Shown: piece after piece, positions 62,330 to 64,000 of the stretch
How positions within the stretch are numbered: position 1 is the first letter of the stretch
Layout of the letters: each line of letters opens with the position of its first letter
Assembly (NCBI GenBank): GCA_963847845.1
Contig: CAWKBI010000003.1
Coordinates: 468,483-532,482, forward strand
Source of the DNA: an uncultured Actinomycetes bacterium
GTDB taxonomy: Bacteria > Actinomycetota > Thermoleophilia > Gaiellales > Gaiellaceae
DNA: 64,000 nucleotides
Reading direction: 5' to 3'
The notes under the pieces: generated by a model
Databases searched by the model: none
Told to the model about the DNA's origin: nothing
What the model saw: the letters and a program-made list of their open reading frames with translations, nothing else
Made by a program: the position numbers and the translations under genes

Positions 62330-63087
62330 GTGAAGTGCCCTCCGGCGAGGGCCAGTCGGACGACGATCACGAGCGCGAAACCGCCGAGCGCGAGGTAGGC
62401 GCCGCGCCGTCCTGTCGGCCGGGTGACGACAATCGCACCGTAGACGAGCCACGTGAGGAGTGTCACAGCCTCGAGAGCGTCGAGGTGATCGCCGTCGCGC
62501 CGCTGGCGGACGATGCCGATCAAGAGCCCAATCGTGAGGAGCGGCAGCGAGACCGCGATCGTGCGCCGCGCCAGCCGCTCCAACGACTGCAGTGGCGGCA
62601 GCCGTAACTGCAGGATGTCGGCGGCGCGGCTCTTCAGGCGCCGCTCCTGCCACAGGTACAACCCAGCAAGGCCTGCGGCCAGGGTGAAGCCGGCGAACGC
62701 GGCCAGCACGAGCCCCACGTGGAGGATCAGGAAGAGGTTGCCGTAGGCGTGCTGCTTGCCGGCGCCGGTCCCGCCGCCGATCCGCGCGACGACGAAGAGC
62801 AGCGCAGCGACCGGCATCACGGACAGTCCGAGGAGCCGGTAGCGAGGGCGGCAGCCCCAGATCAAGTACGCGCCGACGACCAGCCAGACGAAGAGATTGA
62901 GCGAGCCCGCCCAGCTCGACCAGGGGAACGCATCCGCGTGAGCGACCTGGACCGCGAGCAAGGCCGTCTGCGCGAGCCAGCCGAGGCGGACACCCCAGGT
63001 GGCGGCCCGCGAAGTTCGGACGGAGGCGTACGCGAGCGCCGCCTCCCCGTACCCGAGCAGCGCGGGCCAGAAGAGAGCCTCAACCAT
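62326..63087 (-). CDS. cytochrome c assembly family membrane protein (HemX/CcsA-like, no obvious WWD motif)
   Basis: 253 aa, polytopic. Sits immediately upstream of hemA, as for Bacillus hemX. LFLILHVGLVLAAFAGF...YLWQERRLK is typical of this family as I recall it. Confidence 0.65.
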   Translation of the reverse strand: MVEALFWPALLGYGEAALAYASVRTSRAATWGVRLGWLAQTALLAVQVAHADAFPWSSWAGSLNLFVWLVVGAYLIWGCRPRYRLLGLSVMPVAALLFVVARIGGGTGAGKQHAYGNLFLILHVGLVLAAFAGFTLAAGLAGLYLWQERRLKSRAADILQLRLPPLQSLERLARRTIAVSLPLLTIGLLIGIVRQRRDGDHLDALEAVTLLTWLVYGAIVVTRPTGRRGAYLALGGFALVIVVRLALAGGHFT

Positions 63088-63241
63088 CGCGCTCCTTCGC
63101 TCTCGCCTGGTCGACCAGCTCGCCGAGCTGCCGCTGCAGGCGGGAGAGCTTGGCGCCGATCACCGCGACCCACACGAGCACTGCCACGAATACCACGAGA
63201 TACGCGGCCGCGACGTAGTGCCACTGCGAGGGAGGGCTCAT
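63080..63241 (-). CDS. ccmD: CcmD-like small heme-exporter subunit (53 aa)
   Basis: Hand translation MSPPSQWHYVAAAYLVVFVAVLVWVAVIGAKLSRLQRQLGELVDQARAKERDG: single TM, sits right after ccmC. GGAGG about 9 nt upstream. Below the ORF-track length cutoff. Confidence 0.55.
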   Translation of the reverse strand: MSPPSQWHYVAAAYLVVFVAVLVWVAVIGAKLSRLQRQLGELVDQARAKERDG

Positions 63242-63269
63242 ACCCGCGAGCCTCCGTCAAATCTACGGC

Positions 63270-63962
63270 TCATGACTGGAGCAGTTCCCGCAGCTCGCGC
63301 AGGTGCGCATCGACGCGCTTGCCGGCGAGCTCGACGTGGTAGAGCGCCGCGAAGAGCGCGAGCATCCCCGCGAATGAGACGCAGAAGGTGAAGAACTGCG
63401 AGCCGGTCATCTGCGGGCCGTGCGAGTTGAAGACGACCGGATGGATGAACTTTTGCGAGAGCCGGATCGCAAGAAATGAGACCGGGATCAGCACGACGCC
63501 GAAGAGCGCGTAGACGGCCGACATGTTGGCGCGCGCGCGCCCCGGCTCGAGCGAGAAGCGGAGCATGAAGTACGCGCAGTAGAAGAGGAAGAGCACGAGG
63601 AAGAGCACGAGCTGGTTCTCGCTCCATGACCACCAGACCCCCCAAGACGCCCGCGCCCAGATCGACCCGGTGAGCAATGTCAGCGCGCCGAAGATCACGC
63701 CCTGGTGAATCGCGACATAGCTCTCGAGATCGGCGCGCTCGTCGCCCTTCCAGAGAACGCGCAGGGCCTTCCATGCACCCCAACCGAAACACGCGTAGGC
63801 GGTCAGCGCGATCGGGACGTGGAAATAGAAGATCCGCTGCGAGAAACCCTGGTCGGTGTCGGTCGGCGCGTAGAAGAAGATCAGCGCAGTCGACGCGGCC
63901 AGCAGGACGACCGCAAGGCTGGAAACGACGGCAACGCGATTCGCGGACAGCGTCTGTCTCAC
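63270..63962 (-). CDS. ccmC: heme exporter protein C (cytochrome c maturation system I)
   Basis: IFYFHVPIALTAYACF...GSIWARASWGVWWSWSENQL (Trp-rich WGxxWxW motif)...FIHPVV. Confidence 0.85.
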   Translation of the reverse strand: MRQTLSANRVAVVSSLAVVLLAASTALIFFYAPTDTDQGFSQRIFYFHVPIALTAYACFGWGAWKALRVLWKGDERADLESYVAIHQGVIFGALTLLTGSIWARASWGVWWSWSENQLVLFLVLFLFYCAYFMLRFSLEPGRARANMSAVYALFGVVLIPVSFLAIRLSQKFIHPVVFNSHGPQMTGSQFFTFCVSFAGMLALFAALYHVELAGKRVDAHLRELRELLQS

Positions 63963-64000
63963 GGCGTCATGGTAGTCGGCCGTTCGTCACTGCTCAGCGA

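Noticed and set aside
59526-62653. Long N-terminal extensions of hemD (to 60524), hemA (to 62653) and similar extensions for pabC, pncB, the M20 peptidase, the methyltransferase at 54157 and the FtsH-like gene in the ORF track
   Set aside because: The extensions are Arg/Pro/Ala-rich, overlap the preceding well-supported gene, and are replaced by internal ATG/GTG/TTG starts that give canonical N-termini and 1-4-nt stop/start overlaps.
1-64000. CRISPR arrays, rRNA genes, transposases, integrases, prophage genes, toxin-antitoxin pairs
   Set aside because: No regularly spaced repeats, no rRNA-like sequence and no recognisable transposase, integrase or phage structural motifs appeared in any ORF-track protein or in my reading of the intergenic regions.

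Overview
GC-rich bacterial chromosomal segment, roughly two-thirds G+C by eye. Gene content and style suggest an actinobacterium (Thermoleophilia/Rubrobacteria-like is only a guess). About 80 genes, called by reading the ORF-track proteins and my own hand translations; no searches were run. Layout: (1) 1-2.7 kb: fumC (partial), an FprA-type ferredoxin-NADP reductase and an ErpA/IscA-like protein. (2) 2.7-16.7 kb: a complete, translationally coupled nuoA-N operon with an unexpected 67-codon ORF / duplicated module between nuoF and nuoG. (3) 16.8-37.7 kb: a patchy, accessory-looking stretch. It holds eight cupin proteins in two paralogous families plus singletons, GNATs, a PadR-controlled cupin, a pentapeptide-repeat cluster, purU-dapB, a two-domain cupredoxin plus SCO1, gene remnants, and an orphan TIR-like (Cap12/PycTIR-type) protein with an unassigned C-terminal domain. 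That TIR-like gene is my best candidate for an undescribed defence-type module. (4) 37.7-51 kb: housekeeping genes (Mrp/ApbC, IMPase, DUF1015, YhaM-like, YchF-like, methylmalonyl-CoA epimerase, FtsH-like, pncA-pncB). (5) 51.8-57.9 kb: three conserved genes (pabB, rarA, arginase) each interrupted by single-nucleotide frameshifts. (6) tRNA-Phe, then a long minus-strand array ccmC-ccmD-hemX/ccsA-like-hemA-hemC-hemD-DUF62-methyltransferase. A palindromic MITE-like repeat occurs in a long and a short form (16.7 kb and 40.2 kb). I recognised no rRNA, CRISPR array, transposase or integrase. Many long ORFs in the track are antisense or out-of-frame shadows typical of high-GC DNA and were discarded. 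Several starts were trimmed to internal ATG/GTG/TTG codons that give 1-4 nt start/stop overlaps.
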